Notes: generated by a model not told the origin, from the letters alone. DNA of 64,000 bases from an uncultured Acidobacteriota bacterium (GCA_963809485.1 CAWEJX010000012.1:1-64000), one strand, 5' to 3'; counted from the first letter of the stretch, positions 10,919-22,723 are shown. Numbers and translations: made by a program.

Positions 10919-11902
10919 TCAGGTCCTCGTCTCTCGACGCGCGAGGAGGATGCCCGGCACCATGGGCAGCCAGTAGCTGAAGCCGCGAAACAGGAGGGTC
11001 GCAGCGAGGCCGGCGGCGATCGGTACTCCCATCAGTTTCAGCGTCGCCACAGACGCTGCCTCGAAGATGCCGAGCCCTCCAGGCACGGGTCCCAGCGTAC
11101 GCGCCAGCGTCGACAGCATAAAGCTTGCGAAGACCGGTGCCGGGTGAACCGAGAGACCGAGGGCACGGAGCATGATCCAGAGAGTCCCGGCGTCGAGCAG
11201 GAAGACCGCAACCTGAAGGCCCATGCAGCGGGAGATGAGCGAGCCGTCATGAGCAATGCCCGGGGTCGCCTCTGCAAGCGTCCGAAGTCCCGACCCGACG
11301 ATCGGCAGCCGCCGAATCCAGTGCGGCAACCTCCGGCCACGGCTCACTAAAACGAGAACCGTGGGAATGCCCGCCGCCACAGGAGCGAAGATGACCGCCG
11401 GCAGGATGATGAACAGCGTGAGACCTCCGTGTACCCAGACGACGCCGAGTGCGACGGCCAACGCCGCAACATACGCGGCATAGTAGCTAACGAGGTCGAC
11501 GACGACGGCAGCCATGCTGGTACGCCGCGGAATGCCGCGGCGATCCAGCGCGCGGACGACGAGCAAGGTGCCGCTCATACCGCCGCTGGGAACCACTTGA
11601 TCCATGAAGAGTTTCGCAAGGCCAAGGCCCAGGTAGGACCAGAGCGGTCTTGAGATGCCCGCGCGCGCAATGATTCGTTGCCAGATTCGGGCGTCCGCTA
11701 TATAGGTACTCATCTGGAGCAGGAGGCCGAGGAACAGCCAGGCGGGCTGAGCGTGAGCCACGAGCCGAGCGAACTCCTGCTCCTCGCTCCGATGTGCTGC
11801 GAACAAGGCGACGGCCACCAGGATCGCCAGCCCGAAGAGCCAGGAGATCCAGCGTGCTCCGCCCTTCTTTTTCCGGTTGGTCTTACTCTTTATGTGCACC
11901 AT
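10919..11902 (-). CDS. Lysylphosphatidylglycerol synthase TM-domain (UPF0104) membrane protein
   Basis: Multiple TM helices, PSGGMSG, PGGLGIFEA, LLFRGFSYWLP. Confidence 0.8.
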   Translation of the reverse strand: MVHIKSKTNRKKKGGARWISWLFGLAILVAVALFAAHRSEEQEFARLVAHAQPAWLFLGLLLQMSTYIADARIWQRIIARAGISRPLWSYLGLGLAKLFMDQVVPSGGMSGTLLVVRALDRRGIPRRTSMAAVVVDLVSYYAAYVAALAVALGVVWVHGGLTLFIILPAVIFAPVAAGIPTVLVLVSRGRRLPHWIRRLPIVGSGLRTLAEATPGIAHDGSLISRCMGLQVAVFLLDAGTLWIMLRALGLSVHPAPVFASFMLSTLARTLGPVPGGLGIFEAASVATLKLMGVPIAAGLAATLLFRGFSYWLPMVPGILLARRETRT

Positions 11903-11967
11903 GGCAAATAAGCAGTATAAGTACGAGGGCCCCGCAGGTAGAGCGCCAGGAACGCTGCCAACAAGTG

Positions 11968-12062
11968 CGGATATCCCGACGGCTCACCGAACTCGGGCGT
12001 GAGTTCGCGATAGATCTCGCCGGGATCGCGCTCCATCCGCGCCATGATCTCCGCCGCAGGCC
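11968..12062 (-). pseudogene. pgm: Phosphoglucomutase internal scrap
   Basis: AAEIMARMERDPGEIYRELTPEFGEP resembles the Pgm segment AAEI...DP.E.Y.EL...FG.P. Confidence 0.5.
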
Positions 12063-12064
12063 TG

Positions 12065-13183
12065 CTAGCCCCCCAGTTCCTGCACTATACGTAGGAATGT
12101 GATGACATCCTCACGGCTCAGCATGCCGACCACCTGGCTGTCGGTCATCACGGGAAGCTGGTTCACTCCGTCGCGATCCATCTGCTGCAGAGCGGTCCAC
12201 AGCTCCTTATCCGGGCTTATGCGTATCAGCTTGTCCAGCGGGAGCATGGCTTGGGCGGCGCTCGTCGTCTGCCACTCACCCCGCGGCACTTCCCTTATCC
12301 GATGCAGCGTCATGAGGCCAACAGTGTCTGATCCACGATTGACAAGGAAACAACGCTGCCCGCCGCTAAGAATGTGCTCGTCCACCAATTGTTGCAGTGT
12401 CAATTCTGCAGGAATGGCAATGCAATTACTGCTCATGGCCTGCGCAACCTTGTGCCCGGCCAGCAAACCTTGAAACATCACTTGCTGTATCTGCGCAGCA
12501 GCGGCGTGGTCGAGAAACCAGCCGATGAATGCAATCCACAGCCCGCCACCAAAGTCACCCGAGAACATCCGCCACACTCCTGTGAAGATGAACAGGAAAC
12601 CCCAAAAGCGCCCAAAATTCGCAGCCATGAGCGTGGCGCGCCGCATGTTTTTCGTGACAGCCCAAACGATGGCTCGGAACACGCGGCCACCATCAAGCGG
12701 ATAACCGGGAATCAGATTGAAGATCACTAGCGCAAAGTTGATGTAAGCCAGGTATTTCACCAGCCCCAACAATGGTTCGATTCCTGTTGTCACAGGTTTC
12801 AGCGCGGAAAAGAACAGAGCGAGGGAGAGGCTGACAACCGGCCCGGCGACTGCAATCCAGAACTCAGCAATGGCGCTAGGTGCTTCCGCCCCGATCTGGG
12901 CGACTCCGCCAAAAATAAAAAGCGTGATACTGCGCACCGGAATTTTGTACCGTATCGCCACCACTGAGTGCCCCAATTCATGCAGCAGCACGCTTGCAAA
13001 GAGCATGATGGCCGTCATTGCGCCCATGAACCAATACAGCAGCGGCGGCCAGTTCTTGAACTCGGCGGGATAGTAACTGCCCCCCAGCATCCAAGTGAGC
13101 AGCACGAAGATCAAAAACCAGGAATAATCCAAACCGATGGGAATACCCAGGATCCTGCCCAATGGAACGTTTTGTCGAGTCAC
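12065..13183 (-). CDS. Site-2 protease (M50) with CBS pair
   Basis: HELGH, IAVAGP, FNLIPGYPLDGGR, C-terminal CBS domains. Confidence 0.93.
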   Translation of the reverse strand: MTRQNVPLGRILGIPIGLDYSWFLIFVLLTWMLGGSYYPAEFKNWPPLLYWFMGAMTAIMLFASVLLHELGHSVVAIRYKIPVRSITLFIFGGVAQIGAEAPSAIAEFWIAVAGPVVSLSLALFFSALKPVTTGIEPLLGLVKYLAYINFALVIFNLIPGYPLDGGRVFRAIVWAVTKNMRRATLMAANFGRFWGFLFIFTGVWRMFSGDFGGGLWIAFIGWFLDHAAAAQIQQVMFQGLLAGHKVAQAMSSNCIAIPAELTLQQLVDEHILSGGQRCFLVNRGSDTVGLMTLHRIREVPRGEWQTTSAAQAMLPLDKLIRISPDKELWTALQQMDRDGVNQLPVMTDSQVVGMLSREDVITFLRIVQELGG

Positions 13184-13289
13184 GAGTTCTTTCCTTTCTT
13201 CTTACGGAGCCCCACCAATTCGGCAGGCAGTGGCTAACTGTGTCCTTGAGCAAGCGGCCCCGTCGCTCATGCCGTTCATAAGCCCCGGC

Positions 13290-13523
13290 CGGGCGATCTG
13301 CGGTTTCCTATTGAGCGGCTAAGTGGCCACCGCCAGAGGAACGCGCCACCTGATCATTGCGACCTTTACGGCGTCGTCCACGACAAGGCAGGAGACCATG
13401 ACATAAGCCAATATCGTGAGCGGCTGCCATAAGGGCAATGTCAGGCGGCTTGGCGTTTGCCGGATTCGAGAGCGGCCGCTCGGCATCAGATTTATTTAGT
13501 GTCGTTTGCATAGTGGCAACCAT
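13290..13523 (-). pseudogene. Internally deleted second copy of the P-type H+-ATPase gene
   Basis: 13290-13441 is a diverged direct repeat of 14815-14965 (ATPase 3' end), joined to an N-terminus ending AKPPDIA (compare AKGPDIA of the full copy). Confidence 0.75.
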
Positions 13524-13555
13524 CCTATGAGTGAACGCGCATTCACGCGAGTCCT

Positions 13556-14810
13556 CTACACAGCGACGAACGTGCCCCGAATTTCCGCGTGCAGCGGTCG
13601 ATGCTTGGCGAGGTACGCCCGCATTGCATCAATCGCTCGCTCGGGATGATTCTCACGTTGGCGCCCATATTTGTGTGCGACGCCTTGTTCGGTAACAAAA
13701 GCCGCGGGGTAATGGCGGCCCGGTTGCAGCCGTTCATCACCTACAAACACCTGCTGGATGCGCTGTCCGGGTGGATTTTCGATCTTAATGTAGACGTTGA
13801 AACCGAGACACCGTTTCACGTACCCACCCATTTGGCCGTACGGATCGCGCGCAAACGTCCGTTCCAGATTCTCCTCCAACATCGCAACAATTTCCTCGCC
13901 CGTCAACTCGACCGTTGAGATCGGCGGGTTCATGGGAATGATATTGTAGAGGTCATTCAGCGTGACCGGCCCCGGAATGATCGGCGCACCAAAGCGCCAA
14001 CCATTCGAGAACGCTAATTGAGCGCCCGTGCTTTCCAGCAGCGCTTGCAGCAGAAAATTGTCCATCGTCGCTTCCAGCATGGTGGCTCGATTGAGCGCAG
14101 TCGCCGTTTCACCCACAACCGTTGAGAGTTCATCTTGATAAGGCGCGAGTGCTTGGCGGATGAGGTCATCTACTGCGGGATCGGGGGTGATATTGGCTTC
14201 AACCTCAATCAGCTGGTACCGGTAGTCAACGATCTGTGTACCATCAAATTCCAAATCCAAGCGACCCAAGAAGGAACCGTGGCAGCCCGACTGTATTACC
14301 AACGTTTTCCCCTGGAGGACCGGTTTATGTAGCCGATTATGGGTGTGCCCGCTCAAGCAAATATCGATACCCTGCACCTCCGACAAAAGCTTCATGTCTT
14401 GGGAAAACCCCAGGTGTGAGACGAGAATGATCAGGTCTACCTTCTCCTGAGCGCGCAGAACGTCGATGATCGGAGGGAGTTCATCTCGGCCCAGGGTGAA
14501 TTCCAGTCCTTCGCTATAGGAGGCTGGCATAGTCTTGTCTACAATATTGGAGGCGATGCCCACAAGACCAATCCGCAAACCGCCGATCTCCTTTACGCTG
14601 TACGGCCGGAAAAGCCGATCCTTCGTTGCTTGATCGTAAATATTGATCGCAAGCATCGGATAACCGAGTTCCGCTGCGCGCTGCTTGAAATTCGCGGGAC
14701 CGTATGCAAATTCCCAATGGGCCGTCATCGCGTCGAGACCCAATGAATTCAAAACAGGGATCAATGCCTGTCCCTGCGTCTTCAGAGCGGGATGGGTACC
14801 ATGGAGAGTC
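13556..14810 (-). pseudogene. 5'-nucleotidase/SoxB-like metallophosphoesterase, N-terminally truncated
   Basis: TLHGTHPALKTQGQALIP, AHWEFAYG, VSHLG, SGHTH, FSNGWRFG; the first metal-binding DxH/GD motifs are missing. Confidence 0.75.
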
Positions 14811-14842
14811 AGTTGGGCAATCTGCGGTGTCCTATCGAGCGG

Positions 14843-17341
14843 CTACTTGGCCACCGCCAGAGGAACGCGCCACCTGATCATTGCGACCTTCACGGCGTCG
14901 TTCACGACAAGGCAGGAGACCATGGCATAAGCCAATATCGTGAGCATCTGCCACCAAGGCAATGGCATGAGGCCCGGGAGACCCACCAGCGTCAGACCCG
15001 TACCCACGAGCGCGTCCAGCGCGAGGGCCGCCATAAGGGTCTTGCTGGGCATCGTCGCCCAGAACCACCGGCGCTCCCTCGCGGACACGATGGAGAACAC
15101 GGCAAGGTAGAGCAGGGTCAGGAAGCTGAAGGTGTAGAGGGCATTGTCGTTAGTCGCCAGACCGAAACGTGACCAGCCGATGTACAAGAGGAGGAGAGCC
15201 TCCGCGACCATTGCCACGCCCAACACTACGGACACCGTGATGAATCCTCCGATGTTCCACGTCTCGGGCTTCCTGGACGATCGAACATGGTCGGTGGCAA
15301 GGGCGATCTTCGCGAAATCCGTCAAGAAAACAAGCAGCAGCATCGCAAAGGCGGAGACGACGAACTTGCCGGTTAACACGAATGCGATGGCCACGAAGGC
15401 CGCTTTCAGGATCGTCCGGCTTATCTTGTTGATGATCCACGTCAGCACCCGCTGGTATATAGTTCGTCCCTGCTCGACCAACCCAACGATGTTCGTGAGG
15501 CCCGGTTCGGTAAGAACGACGCTCGCAGCGCCCTTGGCGACGTCGGTGGCAGTGCTGACGGCGATTCCCACTTCGGCCTGGCGCAAGGCGGGCGCATCAT
15601 TGACGCCGTCACCTGTCATGCCGGTCACGTGCCCCGCGGCCTGCAGGTGCTGCACCACGATGTACTTGTCCTCCGGGTACACCTCGGCGAAACCATCGGC
15701 ACCCGCCAACAGGTCAACTGCCTTGTTGCCGGCCTGAGCGCTCGCGGCCTTCAGGTCCGCCACGCGCCGGATGTTGGGCAACCCAACACCGCGCGCGATT
15801 TCGCTTGCGACCGCCAGCGCGTCGCCGGTGAGCATCTTCACCGGAACGCCGAGGTCGTGGAGTGTGGCAATGAGTTGCTTGGCGTCCGGTCGAGGCGGAT
15901 CATACAACGTCACCAATCCGACCAATGCGAGGGCGCCCCCCTCGGGGCCACGCGCCACCGCCAGCGTCCGATATCCTTTGAGAGCGGCTTCGCTGACTCG
16001 CGCCTCCAACGCATTCGATCGCCGGGGGCTGAAGTCCACAGGCCTCGGCGACGGTTCGTACGGCGCCTTTCATAACGCGCAGCCGCTGCCCATTCTGTTC
16101 GACCACAGCTTCCGTCCGTCGGTTTTTCGCATCAAACGGCGCGAAAGAGACCGGCGTGACCGCAGGCACGGCGTCGAAGATGTGCCGTTCTTTCGCCGCG
16201 GCGAGGAACGCCAGGTCAATCGGATCCTGATTGGCTTCTTGAGATGCGAGTGCGCCGGCGAACAGCACGTCGGATTCCGTTGCGTGCTCCAGGGGGATCA
16301 CGCCGGTGACGGCCAGTTGGTTCATCGTAATCGTGCCCGTCTTGTCCACGCAGAGCACGTCCATCGTTGCGGCATCCTCCGCGGCGCTGAGGCGCGTGAC
16401 CAGCACGCCTCGCTTCGCCAGCTCTGCCGACCCGACGGCCATGCTGACCGTAAACATAACCGGGAGGGCAACAGGCACCGCGCTCATCAACAAGACCAGC
16501 ATGAGCGGGATCATCTCGATGAGCGGAGCGCCGCGGATCAGCGACATCACGATCACCACGCCCAGCAGCGCGCCGACGATGACGAAGAGCCAGCGGACAA
16601 CCTTGCCCACCACCGCTTCGATGTGGAGCTTCGGGCGCGCCATCTGCACGAGTTCCGTGGTGCGGCCGAAGTAGGTCTGCGCCCCCGTCAGCATCACCAC
16701 GCCGTTGCCTTCCCCCCGGCGAACGACGGACCCCGACGAGAGCACGTCGCCGGGCGCCTTGTCTGCATCCTTCGACTCGCCGGTGAGGGCTGACTGGTCG
16801 ACGGACAAATCTCCGGCCAAGAGTTTCACGTCGGCGGGGATGATGTCGCCCGGGCGCATGCGTACGATGTCACCGGGGACCAGTTCCCGGGCGGGAATGA
16901 CCTGCCAGCTCGCATCGCGCAGCACGCGCGCACTGACCTGCAGCCGTCGCCGAAGCGTTTCGACGACGCCGGCGGCCCGATGCTCCTGCGCAAAGCTCAA
17001 GATGGCATTGACGATCAAGCAGCGCCACCCACCACGGCGAGATCCGTGTATTTCCTGAGCACGGCCGACAGCACCATGATCAACTCGAGCATCCACGCCG
17101 ACAAACCCCAGAATTTTCCGAGGAACGTGAGCACCGGATGCCCCTTTTGTTCGACCACTTCATTGTAGCCGTGCTCCTTCCGGCGGCTGTCCACCTCAGC
17201 GCGCGTGAGACCGGTCTCGGGATTCACGCGGAGCGCCGCGAGCGTGTCGGGAATTGACGCGGATGCGATGTCGGGCCCCTTGGCGGCGAATGGCATCGAG
17301 CCCGAAATCTCTACTCCAGATTTCTTCGCAATCGTTGTCAT
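14843..17341 (-). CDS. Plasma-membrane proton-efflux P-type ATPase (frameshifts ~17025 and ~16015)
   Basis: DQSALTGES, PVALP, CVDKTGT, MKGA, DPPRPDA, MLTGD, GDGVNDAPAL. Confidence 0.9.
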
Positions 17342-17459
17342 GGTTTTATTGTGCTCCTTCGATTTGCAACAAAGTTCTCTTATCCATACAATACGTTCAT
17401 CGTTTGCGGCATCCTCCGCTCAAGACGGGATTAACTGGCATTCAGCTCTGGTCTATTGC

Positions 17460-18812
17460 TCAGTGCTCGTGCGGCTCTTGAAGTACCGAGGCGGCATGAA
17501 CCCCCCTCGCCAGTTCGGGGATAATGCCAATCCGCACGTAGATGGGATGCACGAGTTGCCGCAGCTTGGGAAGTTGCGACGAAAACAGCACCGCGCCCAG
17601 AATGCACACGCCGCCGCCGATCATCAATGTATAGGGTGCGCCGATGCGGCTGGCGCTGGCGCCGGCAATGAGGCTGCCAAACGGCGCCATACCTTGAAAC
17701 GCCATCGAATAAAAACTCATGACCCGACCACGCTTCTTATCCTCCACAATGGTTTGCAGGATGGTATTACTGGCGGCCATTTCTTGCATGAAGCTAAAGC
17801 CGGTCACTGCTAGCAGCAGCAACGAGAGCCAAAGCTGGCGTGAAGCGGCGAAGATGATCAACGCGCCGCCAAATCCGCCTGCGGTTATCGGGATCACATG
17901 TCCCAATCCAAGCACACTCTTCCGGGCAGCCAAGGATATCGCCCCGATCAGGGCACCGACTCCGGAAGCTGCCATCAGGAAGCCCAAGGTGTGCGGTCCA
18001 CCGTGTAGGATCGAGCCAGCGAAGATCGGCATCAACGTGGTGTATGGCATTCCAACCAGACTGACCAGCGCCAGCAGCAGCAGTATCGACCAGATTGGGC
18101 GAAAGCCGCGCACGTAGTTCCAACCGTCACGCAGTTCGGAAAGCACCGCCTCGTGCACACGCTCAGATAATTGCGGGGCGACACTCATCGCCAGCAAGGA
18201 AGCGATCACAGCCATGTAGCTGAACCCGTCAAGCAGAAAGCAGTAGCCCTCGCCTACCGAGGCAATCACCAAGCCGGCGACTGAAGGGCCAACCAGGCGA
18301 GCGCCGTTGACCAGCGACGAGTTGAGCGCAATGGCATTGCCCAGGTCTTCGCGATACTCTACCATCTCAATCACGAACGCCTGCCGGGCCGGCATGTCAA
18401 ACGCGTTCACTACACCTTGAAACAGGTTGAGCAGGATAACGTCCAGCACAGTGATGGCACCGGTGAGCGCCAGCAATGCCAGAGCGAAGGATTGCAGCAT
18501 CGACAGTACTTGCGTTACCACAAGGACCCGGTGGCGATCCCATCGATCCACCCACACTCCCGCTATCGGGCCGAGCACTAGGATGGGTATTTGCCCGGAA
18601 AAGCTGACCAAGCCAAGTAGGAACGCTGAGTTGGTAATCCTATAGATGAGCCACCCGGTGGCCACGCGCGTCATCCAGGTGCCGATCAGCGAAATTCCTT
18701 GTCCACCATAGAACAGCCGGTAATTTCGGTGTCAGAGCGCCCGGACAACAAAACGCCAGTTCATACCGCGTGGCTCGTGTGGCTCTGTTCTTTGGCCGGG
18801 TACTTTGCGCAT
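17460..18812 (-). CDS. MFS transporter with an in-frame TGA at 18732-18734 (probable nonsense mutation)
   Basis: ATG 18812 ...RAL*HRNYRLFYGGQGISLIGTWMTRVA is in frame with 17460..18674; GVWVDRWDRHR, FDMPARQAF. Confidence 0.85.
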
Positions 18813-18819
18813 GCTACTC

Positions 18820-19028
18820 CGCTTGATGAGCAGGTCCAGCTCGGCAGAATAAATGCTGTCCCGGTCACGGATCAGAAAGCGCGGCACTTCCTTCCCATGG
18901 ATGACCTCGCGAACATGCTGCAGCGTTCATTCTGCCGTGAGGTGATCTGTAACATTGAAATGAATGGTCCTCCGCGTCCCTATCTCCATAATAACTGGGA
19001 TATCCAAAATTTGGAAGTTTGCCGTTAC
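18820..19028 (-). pseudogene. Integrase-core (rve) transposase remnant
   Basis: VTANFQILDIPVIMEIGTRRTIHFNVTDHLTAE*TLQHVRE..RFLIRDRDSIYSAELD, with an internal stop. Confidence 0.7.
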
Positions 19029-19159
19029 TCTTATAAAAAGGAGGAGCAACGATGTATCTCAGGTATCCAAACGTGCAATGCGCAGGATCAAGGTCAAATA
19101 GTACCGGAAGCATTATCCACTATGGATTCTATAAGACAAAGTGGGGGAAATGTCGTCGC

Positions 19160-19490
19160 TATCAATTCCGTACCGCGACTTCCCGGCTGTCCTTATGTGT
19201 TCTATAACCCGGAGACGCGAACGCGATGGTGCGAGGTGCGGAAACCATGGGAGAAGGCAAGGACGAAAGCCGGATATCCATGGCTGCGTGTGCGCGATCT
19301 GCTGCCTGCATTTGGAATCGCCGCGAGTGAACTCGGCGCTCCGATGCACTACATTCAATCAGTGCTCGGCCACGGCTCCGTCGCTTTTACCGAGAAGTAC
19401 TATGCCAAGTATGACCCGAAGTCGGCAGCTAAGCAGTTGCTTCGGCTGATCGAGGGGGGCAAAGTCAAAACGGGTACCTGGGGGGAATAA
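19160..19490 (+). pseudogene. Tyrosine integrase C-terminal remnant, inverted paralog of 19669..20745
   Basis: LPGCPYVFYNPET..W..RKPW..AR..A.YPWLRVRDL.PAFGI.ASE.G.PMH.IQSVLGH is shared with the intact integrase. Confidence 0.85.
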
Positions 19491-19537
19491 TGGCTCAGGA
19501 TGCTTCGAGGGATTTGCTGCAAGTGATTGATCCTAAA

Positions 19538-19615
<78 letters not shown>

Positions 19616-19631
19616 TCCTTTTAGGATCAAT

Positions 19632-19660
19632 AAGTTACAGCACCGAACCGAAATCCGCAA
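19632..19660 (-). promoter_or_regulatory. Candidate island-borne sigma70 promoter for tRNA-Arg
   Basis: TTGCGG-17 bp-TAACTT, 17 nt upstream of the tRNA; the -10 overlaps an IHF-like site. Confidence 0.5.
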
Positions 19661-19668
19661 CCCTCAAT

Positions 19669-20745
19669 TTAAGCCCCCCGTGCCAAATATCGTGCCAAAT
19701 TCTGGTGCTTGCGTCCCGATTCCACTTGAGCCAGAACCGCCTTGGCCGCCGACTCGGGACGGAATTTTGCGTAGTATCGTTCCGTGACCGCGACCGAGCT
19801 GTGGCCGAGCACGGACTGGATGAAATGCATGGGTACGCCCATCTCCGAAGCCTCAATGCCGAAGGCCGGTCGCAGGTCGCGCACGCGTAGCCACGGATAG
19901 TCCGCGGCCTTGCGCGCCTCCAGCCAGGGCTTCCGGGCATCGCACCAGCGCGTGCCCGTTTCCGGATTGTAAAAGACATAGGGACAGCCCGGAAGAACCG
20001 GAACGCTGTCGATTGCCGCAAGCGCCTTGTCGGTAAGCGGCGCGATCGTGCTCTTGCCGTTCTTCGTGCGCTTGGCGAACGTGATGACGCGCCGCTCGCG
20101 GTCTACCTGCCAATGCTGCAGGCTCAGAACCTCCCCGCGCCTTGCACCGGTTTCTCGGATCACCGTGAAGACCGGCAGAAAGCGGGGGTCGAGCTTTGCG
20201 AAAACGGCTTCGATGATTACGTCGGTCGGGCGCGGCCCCGCCCATTCCTGTTCCTCCAGCCTCTCGACCAGAGCGATAGGATTGTGGTTTACATACCCCC
20301 GTTTCATTCCCCACTCGTAGAGATGCCGGAGCGTGGAAATCTCCCGGTTGATGGTGGCGTTGGTCACCCCATCTTCCTTGCGTCTTGCGATGTACTTGTC
20401 CACTTGTTGGAGCGTCACGCCCCTGAACGGAAGCCGCCCGAATGCGGCTTTGAACCGCTCCAGGAAGCTTTTCTTGCCCTTGGCCGACCGGTTATGCGTT
20501 GCGACGTAGTCCCGGTAATAGAGGTCCGCCACATCGCGAAAAAGTCCGGAAACCATTTTCTCCGGCTCGTCCGGCGTCTCAAGCGAAGCCCGCAGGCTTT
20601 GCCACGAGCCGTCCACGATCGCCAGCCGAATACGGAGATCGAGTTCCCGCGCCTTCTCTTCGGATTTCCTCTTGAACCTCGTGCGCAACCCGTCCGGCCA
20701 CATTGAATCCACCACAAACTTGCCTTTGCGAAATTTCAAACTCAT
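19669..20745 (-). CDS. Tyrosine integrase of the island
   Basis: TINREISTLRHL, ETGARRGEVL, RTKNGK, RDLRPAF, LGHSSVAVTERYY. Confidence 0.93.
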   Translation of the reverse strand: MSLKFRKGKFVVDSMWPDGLRTRFKRKSEEKARELDLRIRLAIVDGSWQSLRASLETPDEPEKMVSGLFRDVADLYYRDYVATHNRSAKGKKSFLERFKAAFGRLPFRGVTLQQVDKYIARRKEDGVTNATINREISTLRHLYEWGMKRGYVNHNPIALVERLEEQEWAGPRPTDVIIEAVFAKLDPRFLPVFTVIRETGARRGEVLSLQHWQVDRERRVITFAKRTKNGKSTIAPLTDKALAAIDSVPVLPGCPYVFYNPETGTRWCDARKPWLEARKAADYPWLRVRDLRPAFGIEASEMGVPMHFIQSVLGHSSVAVTERYYAKFRPESAAKAVLAQVESGRKHQNLARYLARGA

Positions 20746-21101
20746 AGATCAGACTCCGTTCGCGGAGTCTGGTGAATCCTCGCTTGGGTGATTTTACCCC
20801 TGGGCAGCCGCGAAAGGTAAGAGTCCAGATCCGATTTGAGGTAAATGCGCCGCGTTCTTCCCAGATGACGACGGAACGGGATCACGCCTTCTTCCACCAG
20901 CTTTCTGAAATCGTGAATGCCCAGCATTACGTATTTCGCGGCAGCGGTCTCGTACATAACAGCCTGCGTGATCCTTTCGGGACGATCGGCGAGGGGCATT
21001 AATACAAGCTTGCTCATGGCTGATCCGGACCGATCTTCTTCCTCGTTTTTAACCAGCATATTGCTTCTCATTGTTTCTTCACTTGGTGAACCTCCCTTCA
21101 T
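20742..21101 (-). CDS. Excisionase-like HTH DNA-binding protein
   Basis: AAAKYVMLGIHDFRKLVEEGVIP..RRIYLKSDLD; ATGA overlap with the integrase; exact start uncertain. Confidence 0.7.
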   Translation of the reverse strand: MKGGSPSEETMRSNMLVKNEEEDRSGSAMSKLVLMPLADRPERITQAVMYETAAAKYVMLGIHDFRKLVEEGVIPFRRHLGRTRRIYLKSDLDSYLSRLPRGKITQARIHQTPRTESDL

Positions 21102-21262
21102 TAGTTAAGACGACGCAGCAAAGGAGCGTATGACGGCCTGTTGAACCAAAAGGATGTCGCGGACCTAGCGGGGTTCATCACTTCATAGGATATTACCGGA
21201 GGCTAGCTGGTGGAGATGTGTCAGTGCTGTTGGTGTCGCCGGGTGACGTATCGAGTTCTTTC

Positions 21263-21555
21263 TCAGGGGGCTACGTTGGCGATAGATCCAAGATAAACTT
21301 GTGCCTCGTTAGCCCACTGTTTGGCGAGCTGATCGTCTGGACGGAGAAGGGTAAGCCCGCGTTGGTATGTATCGTGCGCTTCTTGGAATCGACCGAGTTC
21401 TTTGTATGTCCTGCATAAAAGGAAATAAGGGAGTGCATTATTCGGAACGAGACGAATCGCATGAGCATAATTTTCCACTGCCTCATTGCGGCGCCCGAGG
21501 ATTGTATATGCACTCCCGCGATTGATAAAGAGATTGGCGTCGTTCGGGGTCAGCT
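21263..21555 (-). pseudogene. TPR protein C-terminal part, truncated by the IS21 end
   Basis: PNDANLFINRGSAYTILGRRNEAVENYAHAIRLVPNN TPR pattern abutting the IS terminal repeat. Confidence 0.7.
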
Positions 21556-21599
21556 TGTTGCCGATCATTTAAAAACGTATTTTTTTGAACACACGCCGG

Positions 21600-21959
21600 T
21601 CAGGCTCGCGTAATCGATTTTCCTCTACTGCTCAGTGACTCCACCTTTTTGCGCAGATAAATCAGATAGTCATTTGGTACAGGGTTGAACAATATTTCTT
21701 CAATGACCGGGAGAAAGTAAGCCAGGGAGCGTATAGGCGAAAGGGGAGGCAATTCGGGCGACCTGGCAAGTCTACGTATGGATGCCATGAGCAGAGCGGA
21801 TTCAATGGTGGTCAAGCTTATTGCACGAGCATAAAGCGTTTCAACCGTTCGCCTGTCGTTTTCGCTTGGCCTCAAGGGCGTTTCCGGAAGTTGCAGATAG
21901 AGCCTCAAAGTGGCCTCTGTATATTCGTCAATGTCTGCAACTGGATTTTTACTGATCAT
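21600..21959 (-). CDS. Hypothetical accessory protein inside the IS21 element
   Basis: Translationally coupled to istB (ATGA overlap) and inside the IR; [23 protein letters not shown]. Confidence 0.75.
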   Translation of the reverse strand: MISKNPVADIDEYTEATLRLYLQLPETPLRPSENDRRTVETLYARAISLTTIESALLMASIRRLARSPELPPLSPIRSLAYFLPVIEEILFNPVPNDYLIYLRKKVESLSSRGKSITRA

Positions 21960-22723
21960 TTCTTTTTCCTCCGAGTCGCGGCTTCCATTTCGCTTTCCCG
22001 CAGACGATAGCTTTCGCCTTCGATTTTGGTTACGTCCGCGTGATGGGTAAGTCGGTCAACCAGCGTGACAATGCAGGAGGCATTGGGAAACACCTCGTTC
22101 CATTCCTTGAAGGCTCGGTTTGTTGTCACAATAAGTGGCCGGCGTTCATAGCGGCGGTTCACAATCTCATAGAGCAGATCCGCGGCATTGTCGTCGTAGG
22201 ACAAGTAGCCTACTTCATCGATGCAAAGCAAACCGGCATTCCCATAGGTGCGCAGTTTTCTTCTTCGGGCTGTCGCTGATTCGCACTGCAGGTCCTCGAT
22301 CAAGGCGGACGCCGAGCGGAATAAGACCGAGTGTCCCGCCAGGATCGCGGCATGGCATATGTTTTTGGCAATCATGGATTTACCCAGGCCATTCTGCCCG
22401 ATCAGGATCAGGTTGCGAGCCTCTCGGATAAAATCCAGGGTGAAGGCCCGTTCAACCGCGTCGCGTTCTATTTTCTTCGGCCAACTCCAGTCAAAGTCAG
22501 CCATGGGCTTGAACCTCTGGATTCCGGACAGGCTCAACCGGCGTTCCAGGCTTCGACGGGAACGGTCTTCCATTTCTGTGTCCGCAAGTTTTTCCAGCAG
22601 CACGTGCGGGGACCAGCGTCCCGTGGTGGCGTGAGCGACAAAATCATCCAGGGTTTGCGCTATCGCCCGTAATCCGATTTTATTGAGTTTGGAGTTCAGG
22701 TCATTGCTCGTCGGGGTCATCAT
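21956..22723 (-). CDS. istB: IS21 helper AAA+ ATPase
   Basis: Walker A GQNGLGKS, Walker [30 protein letters not shown]. Confidence 0.93.
   Translation of the reverse strand: MMTPTSNDLNSKLNKIGLRAIAQTLDDFVAHATTGRWSPHVLLEKLADTEMEDRSRRSLERRLSLSGIQRFKPMADFDWSWPKKIERDAVERAFTLDFIREARNLILIGQNGLGKSMIAKNICHAAILAGHSVLFRSASALIEDLQCESATARRRKLRTYGNAGLLCIDEVGYLSYDDNAADLLYEIVNRRYERRPLIVTTNRAFKEWNEVFPNASCIVTLVDRLTHHADVTKIEGESYRLRESEMEAATRRKKK

Noticed and set aside
18732-18734. In-frame TGA in the MFS gene as selenocysteine
   Set aside because: The position is Arg in the typical ALRHRNYRLF motif (CGA to TGA), not Cys
18699-19490. 263-aa ORF as a real gene
   Set aside because: Chance fusion of antisense MFS/transposase sequence with an integrase remnant
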